The translations under genes were made by a program, and so were the position numbers. 64,000 nucleotides of DNA from Patescibacteria group bacterium. GTDB taxonomy: Bacteria; Patescibacteriota; Gracilibacteria; UBA4473. The notes under the pieces are model-generated. The model ran no database searches and had not been told where the DNA came from. It worked only from the letters and a program-made list of their open reading frames with translations. Numbering within the stretch: position 1 is the stretch's first letter; each line of letters starts with the position of its first letter. Location of the stretch: NCBI GenBank assembly GCA_965660445.1, contig CBFIAK010000001.1:512001-576000 (forward strand), in the 5' to 3' direction. Shown in pieces: positions 20,831 through 30,781 of the stretch.

Positions 20831-21850
20831 ATGCGATTTTTATTTTTTTTCTCACGATACGCCTCGTTTTTCTTTCTTTTGATATCTCTGTTTCTTTTGA
20901 GTGGGTGTTCACAGAATGAATTACTTTTTAAATACTGGAACAAAAAAGGAAACACTCAACTTCAGCAAGAGCTCTATGATGCATCGCTTCAATCATATAG
21001 AAAAGCACAAGAAAAATCAGAACGATTATCGATAGTGGCTGAGTATAATGCAACACGTATCCCTTATTTGCGAGGAGAAATGGAATCAGCACTCCATCAA
21101 TGGTCAGAGTTAGAACAAAAATATTGTTCAGATGATGTAGTGCATATCTTGTGTCCTTTGGTTTGGTATAATAAGGGGAATACTCTGTATCGTCTTGGGG
21201 AAACAAAGCGATCATGGAATGAAAAAGTTTCGTTATGGGAGCAGGCGATTGAGAAATACGATCGAACATTGTCACTTACTCCTGATGATGTACAAGCACA
21301 AGAAAATAAAATTTTCATTGAAGAACAATTAAAAAATCCGCCACAAAGCAGTGATGAAGGGGATCAACAGATGGATGGAGATGGTGGAGAGAATGAGGGG
21401 GAAGATGAGGAAGGAGAAGGAGAAGGCGGAGGCAGCTCTCCATCTTCAGATGAAAATGAAAAAGAGGGGTCAGGCGGTGCTGAAAATTCAGAAGAATCAA
21501 ATGAAAACGAATCTTCTTCAGATCAAGAAAATTCGTCAGAAGACAACGAGTCAAGTGATGGAGGAAGTGAAGAAAATAAGAGTGAAAATGAATCTTCACA
21601 AGACCAAAAATCACCTTTTTCTCCTGAAGTTCAACGCCAATTACAGCAATATCAACAGGAACTTATGCAACAAGAACAATCTTTTGAAGAATATCACAAT
21701 AGAAACCCACATGCAGCACAGTCGCAAATGAATAATCCATTGTGGAATGATCTATGGCAAGATCCATTTTTTCGCCAATTCTTAGGCAATCAATTACCAC
21801 CACAGTTTCAATCGCCTACAGAAAATGATCCCGTTGAAAAAGATTGGTGA
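20831..21850 (+). CDS. BatC-like TPR lipoprotein with acidic low-complexity tail
   Basis: Lipobox LLSGC; WYNKGNTLYRLG, AIEKYDRTLSLTPDDVQAQEN; E/S/G-rich linker; C-terminal EKDW. Confidence 0.85.
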   Translation: MRFLFFFSRYASFFFLLISLFLLSGCSQNELLFKYWNKKGNTQLQQELYDASLQSYRKAQEKSERLSIVAEYNATRIPYLRGEMESALHQWSELEQKYCSDDVVHILCPLVWYNKGNTLYRLGETKRSWNEKVSLWEQAIEKYDRTLSLTPDDVQAQENKIFIEEQLKNPPQSSDEGDQQMDGDGGENEGEDEEGEGEGGGSSPSSDENEKEGSGGAENSEESNENESSSDQENSSEDNESSDGGSEENKSENESSQDQKSPFSPEVQRQLQQYQQELMQQEQSFEEYHNRNPHAAQSQMNNPLWNDLWQDPFFRQFLGNQLPPQFQSPTENDPVEKDW

Positions 21851-21893
21851 TTCAGCTGTACAAAACAAAGGCACTTCTTTACAATGTATGGTG

Positions 21894-22538
21894 ATGATAC
21901 AAAAATCACTCGTCCTCATTTTTTCGGCTCTCTTCCTTTCATCGTGTGGTCGATATGTGCCGCCTGAACCATTAAATAACGAAACACATCCATCAGAGAT
22001 ATTTTTTGGAAGAATAAATGATGCCGTTTTGAATGGTAACATAGAAGATGCAAAACAGGGATTATGTGAAACGATTAATGGAGATGTGCTTCATGATCTT
22101 GATTTTCGAAAAGCACTCTCTATTCCTTTAGCTAAAACACCCAATATGCCCGATTCAGTCTCATATTCTGTAGAATTTCTTGCTCAGCGTGATGGGTATA
22201 CTGAGCTTGTTTCACTATTGAATTTTATGGGGAAAACAATGACTCAGAAAATAAATATACTGCATAAACCAAGTCGTCTTCACCAAGAGTATTGTATTGA
22301 AATTTATCCAGTAGAAATGAGTCAAGATGCACCAGTCGAAGAAGAAGAGCCTTTATTTCAAGTGCCACCAGATGAGGAAGAAATGAAAGCATTGGAGAAT
22401 TTTATGATTGATTATATGACGCAAAGAGGATTAACGGAGGAAATGGCTTTGCAGTTAAGTGAATCAGAAAGAAAGGTTATTGAAGAAGAATTGAAGCAAC
22501 AAGTACGAAAATTTCGTGAAGAACAGAAAACAGAATAA
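21894..22538 (+). CDS. Hypothetical lipoprotein (paralog of next gene)
   Basis: Lipobox FLSSC; shares ND..L.G....A...C, SYS and H.PS....C motifs with 22632..23144. Confidence 0.7.
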   Translation: MIQKSLVLIFSALFLSSCGRYVPPEPLNNETHPSEIFFGRINDAVLNGNIEDAKQGLCETINGDVLHDLDFRKALSIPLAKTPNMPDSVSYSVEFLAQRDGYTELVSLLNFMGKTMTQKINILHKPSRLHQEYCIEIYPVEMSQDAPVEEEEPLFQVPPDEEEMKALENFMIDYMTQRGLTEEMALQLSESERKVIEEELKQQVRKFREEQKTE

Positions 22539-22631
22539 TTATGAGAAAGTGTTCGGCAATTTGCTAAAAAATTTGAGTTTTTTATTGGGAATTCTTACAA
22601 TGCATTGCGTTTGTACTTTCTTTTTCTTTTT

Positions 22632-23144
22632 ATGAAGTTTTTATCTTATTTTCAGTTTGGATTTTTCAGTGTAAGTTTGCTCTTATTCGGATGCAGTGTT
22701 GGGGTGGACTCAGAAAACAAACTGACAGCAGAAGATGTGTTTCGAAGTGTAAACGATTCAATGTTGCAAGGAGATTTGCAGTCAGCATTGCAATATGTGT
22801 GTCTTGATCAAAGACCAACAGAAGAACAGATTCTCATGATTCAAACATCACTTGATTTAATCCCTCAAGAAGTAAAATCATCTATTTCTTATAGTATCGA
22901 TGAAATTATAGAAAAAGAAGATCGTACTGAGATCATAGCCACTATGACTTTACAAAGTGAAGTGGAAGTGCAATTAGCCACTATTTATCATCAACCCAGT
23001 GAAGCTCATTCTCGCTTTTGTGTCGATATGACAGAAACACAAGAATCGGTGTCTGAAGAAGACGACTCTTTACTGTTGGATGATGCGTTGAAGTTGGAGA
23101 ATGATGAAGTTATTTTAGAAGAATCAATAATCCTTGATGAGTAG
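22632..23144 (+). CDS. Hypothetical lipoprotein (paralog of previous gene)
   Basis: Lipobox LLFGC; acidic tail. Confidence 0.7.
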   Translation: MKFLSYFQFGFFSVSLLLFGCSVGVDSENKLTAEDVFRSVNDSMLQGDLQSALQYVCLDQRPTEEQILMIQTSLDLIPQEVKSSISYSIDEIIEKEDRTEIIATMTLQSEVEVQLATIYHQPSEAHSRFCVDMTETQESVSEEDDSLLLDDALKLENDEVILEESIILDE

Positions 23145-23320
23145 ATTTTCGTCATTCGATGAAGAATAAAAAGGAGATCGAGTGAGTGAATATCGTCGAA
23201 GAAAAAATCAGAAAAATATTGACAAAGTTTATTTTTTTGTTAAATGTAAATTTGCAAAAATAAAAACACAAAGAAAAAAGGGGTGCCTATGCATTCTTTA
23301 TTCTGTTTTCTTTTTTTTAT

Positions 23321-24268
23321 ATGACTCAAAAAACATCTTTTATTTTCGGATTATTCTTCTTTGCATCAGGAATTTTTCTGTGGCAAGCACAAGCGTATAC
23401 AGTAGCTCGAAATACATGGCAAAATAGACCAACACGAACATTTTCGGCTCGGTATGGTTCATACAGACATACGATTCCAACGAGAAAACAATTGAATTAT
23501 AACACAGTTGCTTTTACTCATCCTTCTATGAGAGGGAATACTCACTTGCATTCTCAATATAGAGAATCAACACTTCCTACTCGTGATCAAAGACTTTTAC
23601 GACGTATCAAAAACCCAGAACTGTATCCTCGGTATATGAATGAGTTGCAGTCGCAGGTATATGTTGTTCGAGGTGAAAATTATAGTGTTGTACAAGGGCT
23701 TCCATTTACAGCAGAACAGAATATTTATTTATACGATCAAAAAAGAGAGCAACGACTTATTGCAGCAGAAGAAAAAAATATTACATCACGTGTGAATGAT
23801 TCATGGCGTTTGTCACAAGAACGACGAACTCTTCAATCATCCTACACATTCACTCCACCGACTGGGTTTGAAAAGCAAGGTCGTGATACGTATAGACATG
23901 ATTCATATTCTTTTGCATTTCGTATTCAAGAAGATAACTCAACCGTTTGTCACAAACAAAGCGCAACAGAGTGTGCGGTGAATAAACGAAAATCATTTGT
24001 TGATGACCAAGGGATTTCAGTGACTTCTTCTATCAAGAGAATGGTATGGAATCACCAAGGGTATGCTCGTTCTTTCACCACAATCCCAAGTATAACAGAA
24101 GCTTTTTATGCTTCTACGTATGGAAATGAATATCTCTATTTTATTTTCACTATTATGCATCCTGAAACTGGTAGAGTGCTCCATATTGAAGCTGTATCTG
24201 ACATATCTGAAAAAGATATATCAGCCCAAATAATGAAGCATATTATCGAAAGTTTTCAGTTCTTGTAG
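23321..24268 (+). CDS. Secreted protein, Arg-rich N-terminus, PsbP-like C-terminal domain
   Basis: Signal peptide (AQA|Y); YTFTPPTGF..IIESFQFL. Confidence 0.65.
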   Translation: MTQKTSFIFGLFFFASGIFLWQAQAYTVARNTWQNRPTRTFSARYGSYRHTIPTRKQLNYNTVAFTHPSMRGNTHLHSQYRESTLPTRDQRLLRRIKNPELYPRYMNELQSQVYVVRGENYSVVQGLPFTAEQNIYLYDQKREQRLIAAEEKNITSRVNDSWRLSQERRTLQSSYTFTPPTGFEKQGRDTYRHDSYSFAFRIQEDNSTVCHKQSATECAVNKRKSFVDDQGISVTSSIKRMVWNHQGYARSFTTIPSITEAFYASTYGNEYLYFIFTIMHPETGRVLHIEAVSDISEKDISAQIMKHIIESFQFL

Positions 24269-24293
24269 TTTTTAATCTATTTTCTTTTTTATC

Positions 24294-25154
24294 ATGAAAA
24301 AAAATACACTTCTTGTTCTCAGTTTTCTTCTCCTTTTGAGCGGAGTTATCTCTCTTGCTTTTGCATCTCGCGATGCATATCATTCATATCTTTCACAAAC
24401 AGAAAGTAACCGACGTGGTGATAATAAACGTATTTTAAGTGTTCGCCAAAAATCATTTACTCCCATACAAACAGGAATGGAAAAAACGCGATTATTGCGA
24501 AACAGTGCTGCTCGTGATTTAGCTGAAACGGCAGAAGAAAAACAAAGACGTACTGTTCGTGAACGATTTGCACCTGAACCAGAATATAAACGACGAGTTT
24601 TCTCAAGTCGAAAAAATAAATGGTCGCAACCTCTTCAGAGAGAAGAAATGGGATTGCGAACAATTTCTTTAAAAGAAACAGATGCTTCGGTTTTAGAAAC
24701 TTATAAAAATACAACATTTAGTATTCAAGTTCCTCAAAATTGGAAATTGTTGGACGAAGAAGGGCATGTGTTTGTAAGCCAAGAAAAAGATTATATTCTT
24801 TCTGTTGAACGGGTTGATATGCCATGTTCAAACCAATCGTTTACGGAATGCGTTATGGCACTTTCAAAATCAAAAAATGGTCATGGAAATAATCGTCTTC
24901 TCACCCTTTCTCGGGTAGCTCGATTACATCAATTTACAAACACCATAAAAGGATCACGAATTCAAACAGAAACATTCACAGAAGGTTTTTCTACAACACT
25001 TTTGGGTCGAGAATTATATGTGAGTCGGTATTATGTTTCTGACTTAGAAGGGAATGTGTATATCATAGAAGTTCATATCAATCATGATGTAGCTCCTCAA
25101 TATATCTTTACGACAAAGCGAATTTTTGATTCTTTTCGAATACTACAAGACTAA
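24294..25154 (+). CDS. Secreted protein, Arg-rich N-terminus, PsbP-like C-terminal domain (paralog)
   Basis: Signal peptide (AFA|S); FSIQVPQNW..IFDSFRIL. Confidence 0.65.
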   Translation: MKKNTLLVLSFLLLLSGVISLAFASRDAYHSYLSQTESNRRGDNKRILSVRQKSFTPIQTGMEKTRLLRNSAARDLAETAEEKQRRTVRERFAPEPEYKRRVFSSRKNKWSQPLQREEMGLRTISLKETDASVLETYKNTTFSIQVPQNWKLLDEEGHVFVSQEKDYILSVERVDMPCSNQSFTECVMALSKSKNGHGNNRLLTLSRVARLHQFTNTIKGSRIQTETFTEGFSTTLLGRELYVSRYYVSDLEGNVYIIEVHINHDVAPQYIFTTKRIFDSFRILQD

Positions 25155-25172
25155 AAAAGAAAAAAGAAATAC

Positions 25173-25209
25173 AAAAAAAGCCGGCAATAATCGTTGTCGG
25201 CTTTTTTTT
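25173..25209. terminator. Bidirectional intrinsic terminator
   Basis: A7-GCCGGCAA..TTGTCGGC-T8. Confidence 0.85.
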
Positions 25210-25243
25210 GTTATTTTTGTTTTCTTTGATACTATGAAAATAC

Positions 25244-27079
25244 ATGAAAATAAAACAATACGGTGTTCGATTTTGTGTCTCGTTATTATTTTTGTTGGGC
25301 TTTTTGCCTTCTACTTCAGCTGTTGATGTTGCTCAATTGCACGAATATCTACAATCAAAAAGACAGGGAATAACAAGAACGTTGCAGACCCCAATGCGCG
25401 TGTATTCTACTCCTGAATCAACATCACTTACTCCATTTCGTTGGCATTTTTCTGAAACGGATCGTGCGAAATATGGTGTTTATAGAGGAAAATCTGTGTC
25501 TGAAGAATCGAAAGCTCCTGTACAAACATCAACGCTTTGGAAACGATTACAATCCCAAAGAAATACGCTTATTCGTGATTACATAGATGTATCGGTTCGT
25601 TCATTTGTACAAGATCGTCCAAGTACTGAAATAAATACTCGTGTTGAGCGTGCATTTGATATTCGTCTTCAGCACAAAGGAACCATTGATGCTGTGCATG
25701 TAGATACATTTACTTTCGATGTTTTGCATCCCAGTGGGATAGCTCAAGATTTAGATTTATTTGAAATTGTTATAAATGAAGGGGAGGGGTTTGTAATTGG
25801 AAGTGATAGAGAAGTGACAGTGCAGTTTCAAAATGCTCGCATAGCACAAAATGAAAGCCTGAATATTTCAGTAGGGGTTCGTGTAAGAGACCCAGAACAA
25901 ACGCCTTATCAAAATGGGGCATTAAAGTTGCGATTAAAAGATGTGTCGTTTATAAATGAACGCACACAAAAACCAGTTCCTTCTTCATTTGTAGGATCAG
26001 TTGTGTCTTCTGTTATTGCATGGGTGCCGAGTGGGGGATCGCAACCTCATCAACAACAGCAAATTTCAGGAAGATCAGAACAAATATATGGTCGAGCATT
26101 ATCATCAAGTCAAAAGGCATTGGTGTTAAAATTAAACCTTGAATCGTCTTTTGATGATATGTTTGTCGAATCTTTGTCTGTGTATGACACATTGAGTGTG
26201 GGGGATATTGATCATTTTGTTCGCTCTATTCGTATTATTGATGAACAAACTGGACTGGTGCTTGATCAAACACGATTTATTAATGGAAGGGCTCGATTTG
26301 ATATGAATAATAAGGTGTACGTTGCACGAAACCAACAGAAATCACTCCTTTTTGAAGTCGAAATTGATTCCACTATACAAACGAGTAATAATACATTTCG
26401 ATTACAATTAGATCCTCGGGATATAGATGTTCGTAGTGCATCGACAGGAAAAGAACTCAGTGATACTCGTAAACAGGTAGATATACGCAGTGATATATTT
26501 TCTGTATCGCAGTCCGGTGGGGGACTTGCTGTACAACATCTCCCACTTGAAGGGTTTGCGGTAGTGGATTCTCGTCCAACATTGGTCAAAAAAATATCAA
26601 TAACGAATAATGACGCGAAATCGGTATCAATAGCACGAATATCATTTGATGTTTTACTCAGCGGGCTTGAGTATGCGGATGGACGTTCTATTGATGATTT
26701 TGAGTTAGTGCAAATGTATCAAGGGCGACGAGTGGGTGCATTGTTTACCCCAACCCTCTTATCGGGAGGAATGATTCGTTTTGATGCAGAAAAATCACTT
26801 GTTTTAGATCGAGGCAGGAGTATTGAACTGGGATTGTTTCTAAAAATGACAGACATAACCAATGGTCGATCAAGCTCAGATAGTGTATCAGTGAATATAC
26901 TGAGTGATGATACCTACTATAAAGCCGATAAACAAAGCTTAAAATCTGTTCCAGCCTATTTTATATGGTCAGACCATTCAGGAAGACCTCATTCAGAAGA
27001 ATCGTCTGATTGGTTGTCTGGGTATCATATACAAGGTATTCCAAGTGGCTACGATGTGCAATATCGAGAACCTCGATAG
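25244..27079 (+). CDS. Secreted beta-sandwich repeat (S-layer-like) protein
   Basis: Signal peptide (TSA|V); about three beta-rich domains; C-terminal FIWSD.S..HS..SSDW..GY. Confidence 0.6.
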   Translation: MKIKQYGVRFCVSLLFLLGFLPSTSAVDVAQLHEYLQSKRQGITRTLQTPMRVYSTPESTSLTPFRWHFSETDRAKYGVYRGKSVSEESKAPVQTSTLWKRLQSQRNTLIRDYIDVSVRSFVQDRPSTEINTRVERAFDIRLQHKGTIDAVHVDTFTFDVLHPSGIAQDLDLFEIVINEGEGFVIGSDREVTVQFQNARIAQNESLNISVGVRVRDPEQTPYQNGALKLRLKDVSFINERTQKPVPSSFVGSVVSSVIAWVPSGGSQPHQQQQISGRSEQIYGRALSSSQKALVLKLNLESSFDDMFVESLSVYDTLSVGDIDHFVRSIRIIDEQTGLVLDQTRFINGRARFDMNNKVYVARNQQKSLLFEVEIDSTIQTSNNTFRLQLDPRDIDVRSASTGKELSDTRKQVDIRSDIFSVSQSGGGLAVQHLPLEGFAVVDSRPTLVKKISITNNDAKSVSIARISFDVLLSGLEYADGRSIDDFELVQMYQGRRVGALFTPTLLSGGMIRFDAEKSLVLDRGRSIELGLFLKMTDITNGRSSSDSVSVNILSDDTYYKADKQSLKSVPAYFIWSDHSGRPHSEESSDWLSGYHIQGIPSGYDVQYREPR

Positions 27080-27150
27080 AACGAAATAAACTTCTTGAAG
27101 AGAAGTATTTCTCTTGTATTATGTTTGTATTGAGAAAGATTCCTTACGGT

Positions 27151-28278
27151 TTAAGTATGTCGTTCAAGTATTTCACAGAACCCTAGAATTTCCTGAAGCT
27201 CTACTTTTCGAAAAAGGGATTCAGTGGTGTCTTCTTCTTGAATGAGTATTTTTCTTTGGAGAAGTGTTTCACTATGCTGTGATTGTGAAAGTCTGTAAAG
27301 AGTGCATCCCGTATATCGTTCTTCGTGTTCAAGTATGTATTCTTGTATTTCTTCTTTATTTTTGCCGAGTAAGTCGGGAAAAATTAAAGATGGGTGTGAT
27401 TGAAGTGTTATATTGCCAAATTGTTCACGGTAGAGCGAAGAAAAAGATAAGGAAGAATCACCAACAAGCACAAAATCGGGATTGTGTTTTCGAATTGTAT
27501 TCATTAAAAATCGATCACTTTCTTCAGGTGTGAAATCATTATTTTTTTCTTGTACGTGTATGTCAGCTTGTTGTGATGACATAAGCTTAATTGCTGAATC
27601 AGCTTGACTATCAGTTATGTATGCAGAAAAAGTGACGTTTGGAATGCGACCATTTTCTTTGCGATCAATCAGTCGAGCAAGAAGTGTGCTTGATTGAGAA
27701 CCAATAAAAACAATTTTTCTCGGTTTTGGTGGTTTGGGAAGTGATTTTTGAAGTTGAGGAAGAATTGTATGTGCCTCTTGCTCTAAATTATTGAGAATAT
27801 TGTAGTGTATTTCAATATCAGATATAGCTTGATATATGTTTTTCCGCTGTGACCACATTTGGTCTATCTCTTGGGCAAATGGTATATCCGGATTGATGCG
27901 TTCTCGCTTCGATTCTTCAGTGTTTTTGAGGAGTTCTGCGCGTACAATAGAGAAATCAGGATTTGTAAAGACAAATACCCCTGTTTTTTTTAAGTTTTCA
28001 AGGTTTTTTGAGTTCTCAATAGTTCCTGAACCTGTTGCTACAATACCAGAAAAATTACGACAAAAATCGTGAGCGACTTTTTGTTCTATTTCTCGATAAA
28101 CTTGCCACCCATTTGTATTAACAAACGAGTCAATGCTTCCTCCAATCAGAAATTCAACCTCACTATCAATATCAGCAAACGGAAGGTTGGTTATACGGCT
28201 GAGAGCCAGACCAAACTCTTTTTTTTTGGAACCTCTAAATCCAACTAGGACGATATTTTTCTTTTTCACAAACAACAT
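27151..28278 (-). CDS. Shikimate-kinase-like / PurN (GAR transformylase)-like fusion, both with degenerate active sites
   Basis: NIVLVGFRGS, FADIDSEVE, GWQVYREIE, IVATGSG, R..IY; then PDFVLVG, HPSL, YTGCTLY, QRKILIQEEDTTESLFRKVELQE. Confidence 0.75.
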   Translation of the reverse strand: MLFVKKKNIVLVGFRGSKKKEFGLALSRITNLPFADIDSEVEFLIGGSIDSFVNTNGWQVYREIEQKVAHDFCRNFSGIVATGSGTIENSKNLENLKKTGVFVFTNPDFSIVRAELLKNTEESKRERINPDIPFAQEIDQMWSQRKNIYQAISDIEIHYNILNNLEQEAHTILPQLQKSLPKPPKPRKIVFIGSQSSTLLARLIDRKENGRIPNVTFSAYITDSQADSAIKLMSSQQADIHVQEKNNDFTPEESDRFLMNTIRKHNPDFVLVGDSSLSFSSLYREQFGNITLQSHPSLIFPDLLGKNKEEIQEYILEHEERYTGCTLYRLSQSQHSETLLQRKILIQEEDTTESLFRKVELQEILGFCEILERHT

Positions 28279-28352
28279 ATAGCATTATTTGCATTCAAAA
28301 TCAAATTTGTTTACAGTATTCATGAATATTTTTTTTAAAACATATTATTTTT

Positions 28353-29585
28353 ATGGTTTCCTTTGTACAACGTTTTGTCTTTTTTCTGAGTATTATAAGT
28401 GTAATATTTATTCCTTCTTTCGTTTCAGCTCAGAGTGTTTTTCAGTTTTCAGACGGAGATTCTTTTCCGTCTTGGGGGAGATTATCAATTGAAGATATGA
28501 AAGAAAAAGGAATTATGACTGGTTTTGCCGATGGTTCTTTTCGTCCAGATGTGTTTTTAAACCGAGTTGAAGCACTTGCTGTTTTATTACGAATAAAAGG
28601 TATTGATTATACTCAAGAAAATGGAAATGGTGGTGATTTCTATGATGTACAACCTCATGAGTGGTATACAAAAATTGTTCAATCAGGGGTTCGACAAGGA
28701 TGGATTAAAGGGTTTTCAGATGGATCTTTTCGTCCAGCACAGTCTGTTACAAAAGCGGAATTTGCAGTTATGGTTCAACGTGCGTTTTCTTTGACGAGAC
28801 AAAGTGATGATGCGTTTGATGATGTTCCGCCTGAAAGTTGGTTTTCACAAGCCGTATCATCGTTAGCAGCCAATGAGTTAATTCGTCAAAGAGGGACTTC
28901 ATTTTTTCCTCATGAATATGTTTCTCGGGCTGAAGCAGCATGGATTTTGTCATCTATAACTCGCATGCCTCGTTTAATGGGCACTTCTCAATCAATGGAT
29001 TTATCTGGTGCTTTGCGTCGTGATACTCGTCGAGTTGCTTTACGTCCACGTGATTTCAACCCTTATAAACAAGGAATAGAAAGTACTGCTAAACAAATCC
29101 GATTACAACCAATGAAAGCATCAGAAAATCCGATTATTCTTCATCGTACAGATGATTGGGTTTCAGTCGGGCGTATACAGGTTCAGAATTTGTTTGATAC
29201 TCGATCTCAACTCAATATGATTGAGATGAAACTGCGTTTTGATGCTTCTAATATTGGACCTGCGGATAATTTTGATATACGGCTTTCTATAGATAATAAA
29301 GAATACATTGAAACTTTTAATACAACGGGGAGTGTTTTATTTACAGGAATTTCTTTGTGGCTTGATGCGGACGAAGAGTCAGAAATCTCTGTTTCCTTGC
29401 GTCCAAAAGAAAATGCATATTATTTTGGAGGAGTAGGGGATGGATGGTTATCGATGTTTCGTGCAGAAGGGGTGACCTATTCTGATTTTGTAAGTGCTCA
29501 AAAATCAGACAAAGGGTTTGTGTTTGCTTCTGTGAAATTAGAAGAAGGACATATAGGGCATATTACATTCGTACCTTCTGAATAA
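28353..29585 (+). CDS. S-layer homology (SLH) domain protein
   Basis: GIMTGFADGSFRPD..LNRVE, GWIKGFSDGSFRPAQSVTKAE, FDDVPPESWF..VSRAE (three SLH repeats). Confidence 0.9.
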   Translation: MVSFVQRFVFFLSIISVIFIPSFVSAQSVFQFSDGDSFPSWGRLSIEDMKEKGIMTGFADGSFRPDVFLNRVEALAVLLRIKGIDYTQENGNGGDFYDVQPHEWYTKIVQSGVRQGWIKGFSDGSFRPAQSVTKAEFAVMVQRAFSLTRQSDDAFDDVPPESWFSQAVSSLAANELIRQRGTSFFPHEYVSRAEAAWILSSITRMPRLMGTSQSMDLSGALRRDTRRVALRPRDFNPYKQGIESTAKQIRLQPMKASENPIILHRTDDWVSVGRIQVQNLFDTRSQLNMIEMKLRFDASNIGPADNFDIRLSIDNKEYIETFNTTGSVLFTGISLWLDADEESEISVSLRPKENAYYFGGVGDGWLSMFRAEGVTYSDFVSAQKSDKGFVFASVKLEEGHIGHITFVPSE

Positions 29586-29677
29586 AGAATTATAAAATAA
29601 TTTTTTTCGTATTCATTTTATTTATTGTTTTAAGACTCAATAAGCGGTCTGTTGCGGAAAGAAGTATTAAAAAAACT

Positions 29678-29705
29678 TTGACAAAGATTCTGTTCTCTAT
29701 AAAAT
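29678..29705 (+). promoter_or_regulatory. Sigma70-type promoter of rpsU
   Basis: TTGACA(29678)-16 bp-TAAAAT(29700). Confidence 0.55.
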
Positions 29706-29715
29706 CTCGGTACAC

Positions 29716-29922
29716 ATGATTAAAGTAACAAAAAAAGACGGTGAATCAGCAGAAAAACTCTTAAAACGGTTTTCTGGACATGTGAAATCTCGACGATTGA
29801 TTCAAAAATTTCGATCACTTCGATATTTCTCTCAAAAACCACGAAAACGACTTGTTCGATCAGCAGCAGTTATGCGAGAAATACATCGAGCAGAAAATAA
29901 GAGAAAGTCGTATTTAAGCTAA
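29716..29922 (+). CDS. rpsU: 30S ribosomal protein S21
   Basis: IKVTKKDGESAEKLLKRF..RYFSQKP. Confidence 0.88.
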   Translation: MIKVTKKDGESAEKLLKRFSGHVKSRRLIQKFRSLRYFSQKPRKRLVRSAAVMREIHRAENKRKSYLS

Positions 29923-29950
29923 TTTCCTTTTTAAGGAATTTCTTTCTGCT

Positions 29951-30781
29951 ATGAAAAGAAAAGAACTGATTCAATGGGCTCAAGAGCAGTTGAATGAGTT
30001 CTCTTCTTCGTTATTAGAATCAGAGGTGTTATTGTCATGGGTTTTGGATGTTTCTCGCACATCACTTAAAAGTTCTGGTGATATGGAAGTGAGTGAAAAC
30101 GATGTTCATCGGTATAGAGATTATGTTTTTCAAAGAAAACAACATATCCCTATGGCATATATTAAAGGTATAAAGAAATGGCATGATTTTACTGTACATG
30201 TGAACAGGAAAGTCCTTATTCCTCGTGATGAAACAGAAGTTTTGTGTGAACATATTCGCCATATATGGATATTAGAGCAAAATACTCATCCTCATTGGGT
30301 GCTTGATGTCGGTACGGGGAGTGGAGTTATTGCCTTCTATATGTTGCATTATTTTTCGAAAACAAATGTATTCGCTACCGATATAAGTATGGATGCACTC
30401 GCTATAGCACAAAAAAATACATATCAGTATCAAGATAGAATTGAGTTTTGTGTTTCTAATTTGTTTTCAGATATTCCATCTCGACATTATGATATTATTG
30501 TGGCAAATCTTCCTTATATACCAGATGATTTAGAAATAAGTGATGATGTAAGGCATGAACCGTCAATAGCTCTTTTTTCAGGGAAAGATGGGCTGGATCA
30601 TATTCGGTTATTTTGGAATCAATTATGCAAAAGTAATATTACTTTTACATATGTATGGCTTGAATTTTTGCCTTCACAAAAATCATCAATAGAAGAAATT
30701 CTGTTTGGGGCTTCTTATGAATTTTTTACAGATATAGGAGGAGATGTTTTTTTTGTATGCATAAGAGGGCACCATGAATGA
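29951..30781 (+). CDS. prmC: Release factor glutamine methyltransferase
   Basis: PMAYIKG, VLIPRDETE, LDVGTGSG, IVANLPY, EPSIALFSGKDGLD. Confidence 0.93.
   Translation: MKRKELIQWAQEQLNEFSSSLLESEVLLSWVLDVSRTSLKSSGDMEVSENDVHRYRDYVFQRKQHIPMAYIKGIKKWHDFTVHVNRKVLIPRDETEVLCEHIRHIWILEQNTHPHWVLDVGTGSGVIAFYMLHYFSKTNVFATDISMDALAIAQKNTYQYQDRIEFCVSNLFSDIPSRHYDIIVANLPYIPDDLEISDDVRHEPSIALFSGKDGLDHIRLFWNQLCKSNITFTYVWLEFLPSQKSSIEEILFGASYEFFTDIGGDVFFVCIRGHHE

Noticed and set aside
21340-21610. E/S/G/N low-complexity stretch in the BatC-like gene as a repeat element
   Set aside because: Typical disordered BatC linker with no regular DNA repeat unit.
29951-30781. NLPY instead of NPPY in PrmC as a sign of inactivation
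   Set aside because: NLPY is a common natural variant and the other motifs are intact.
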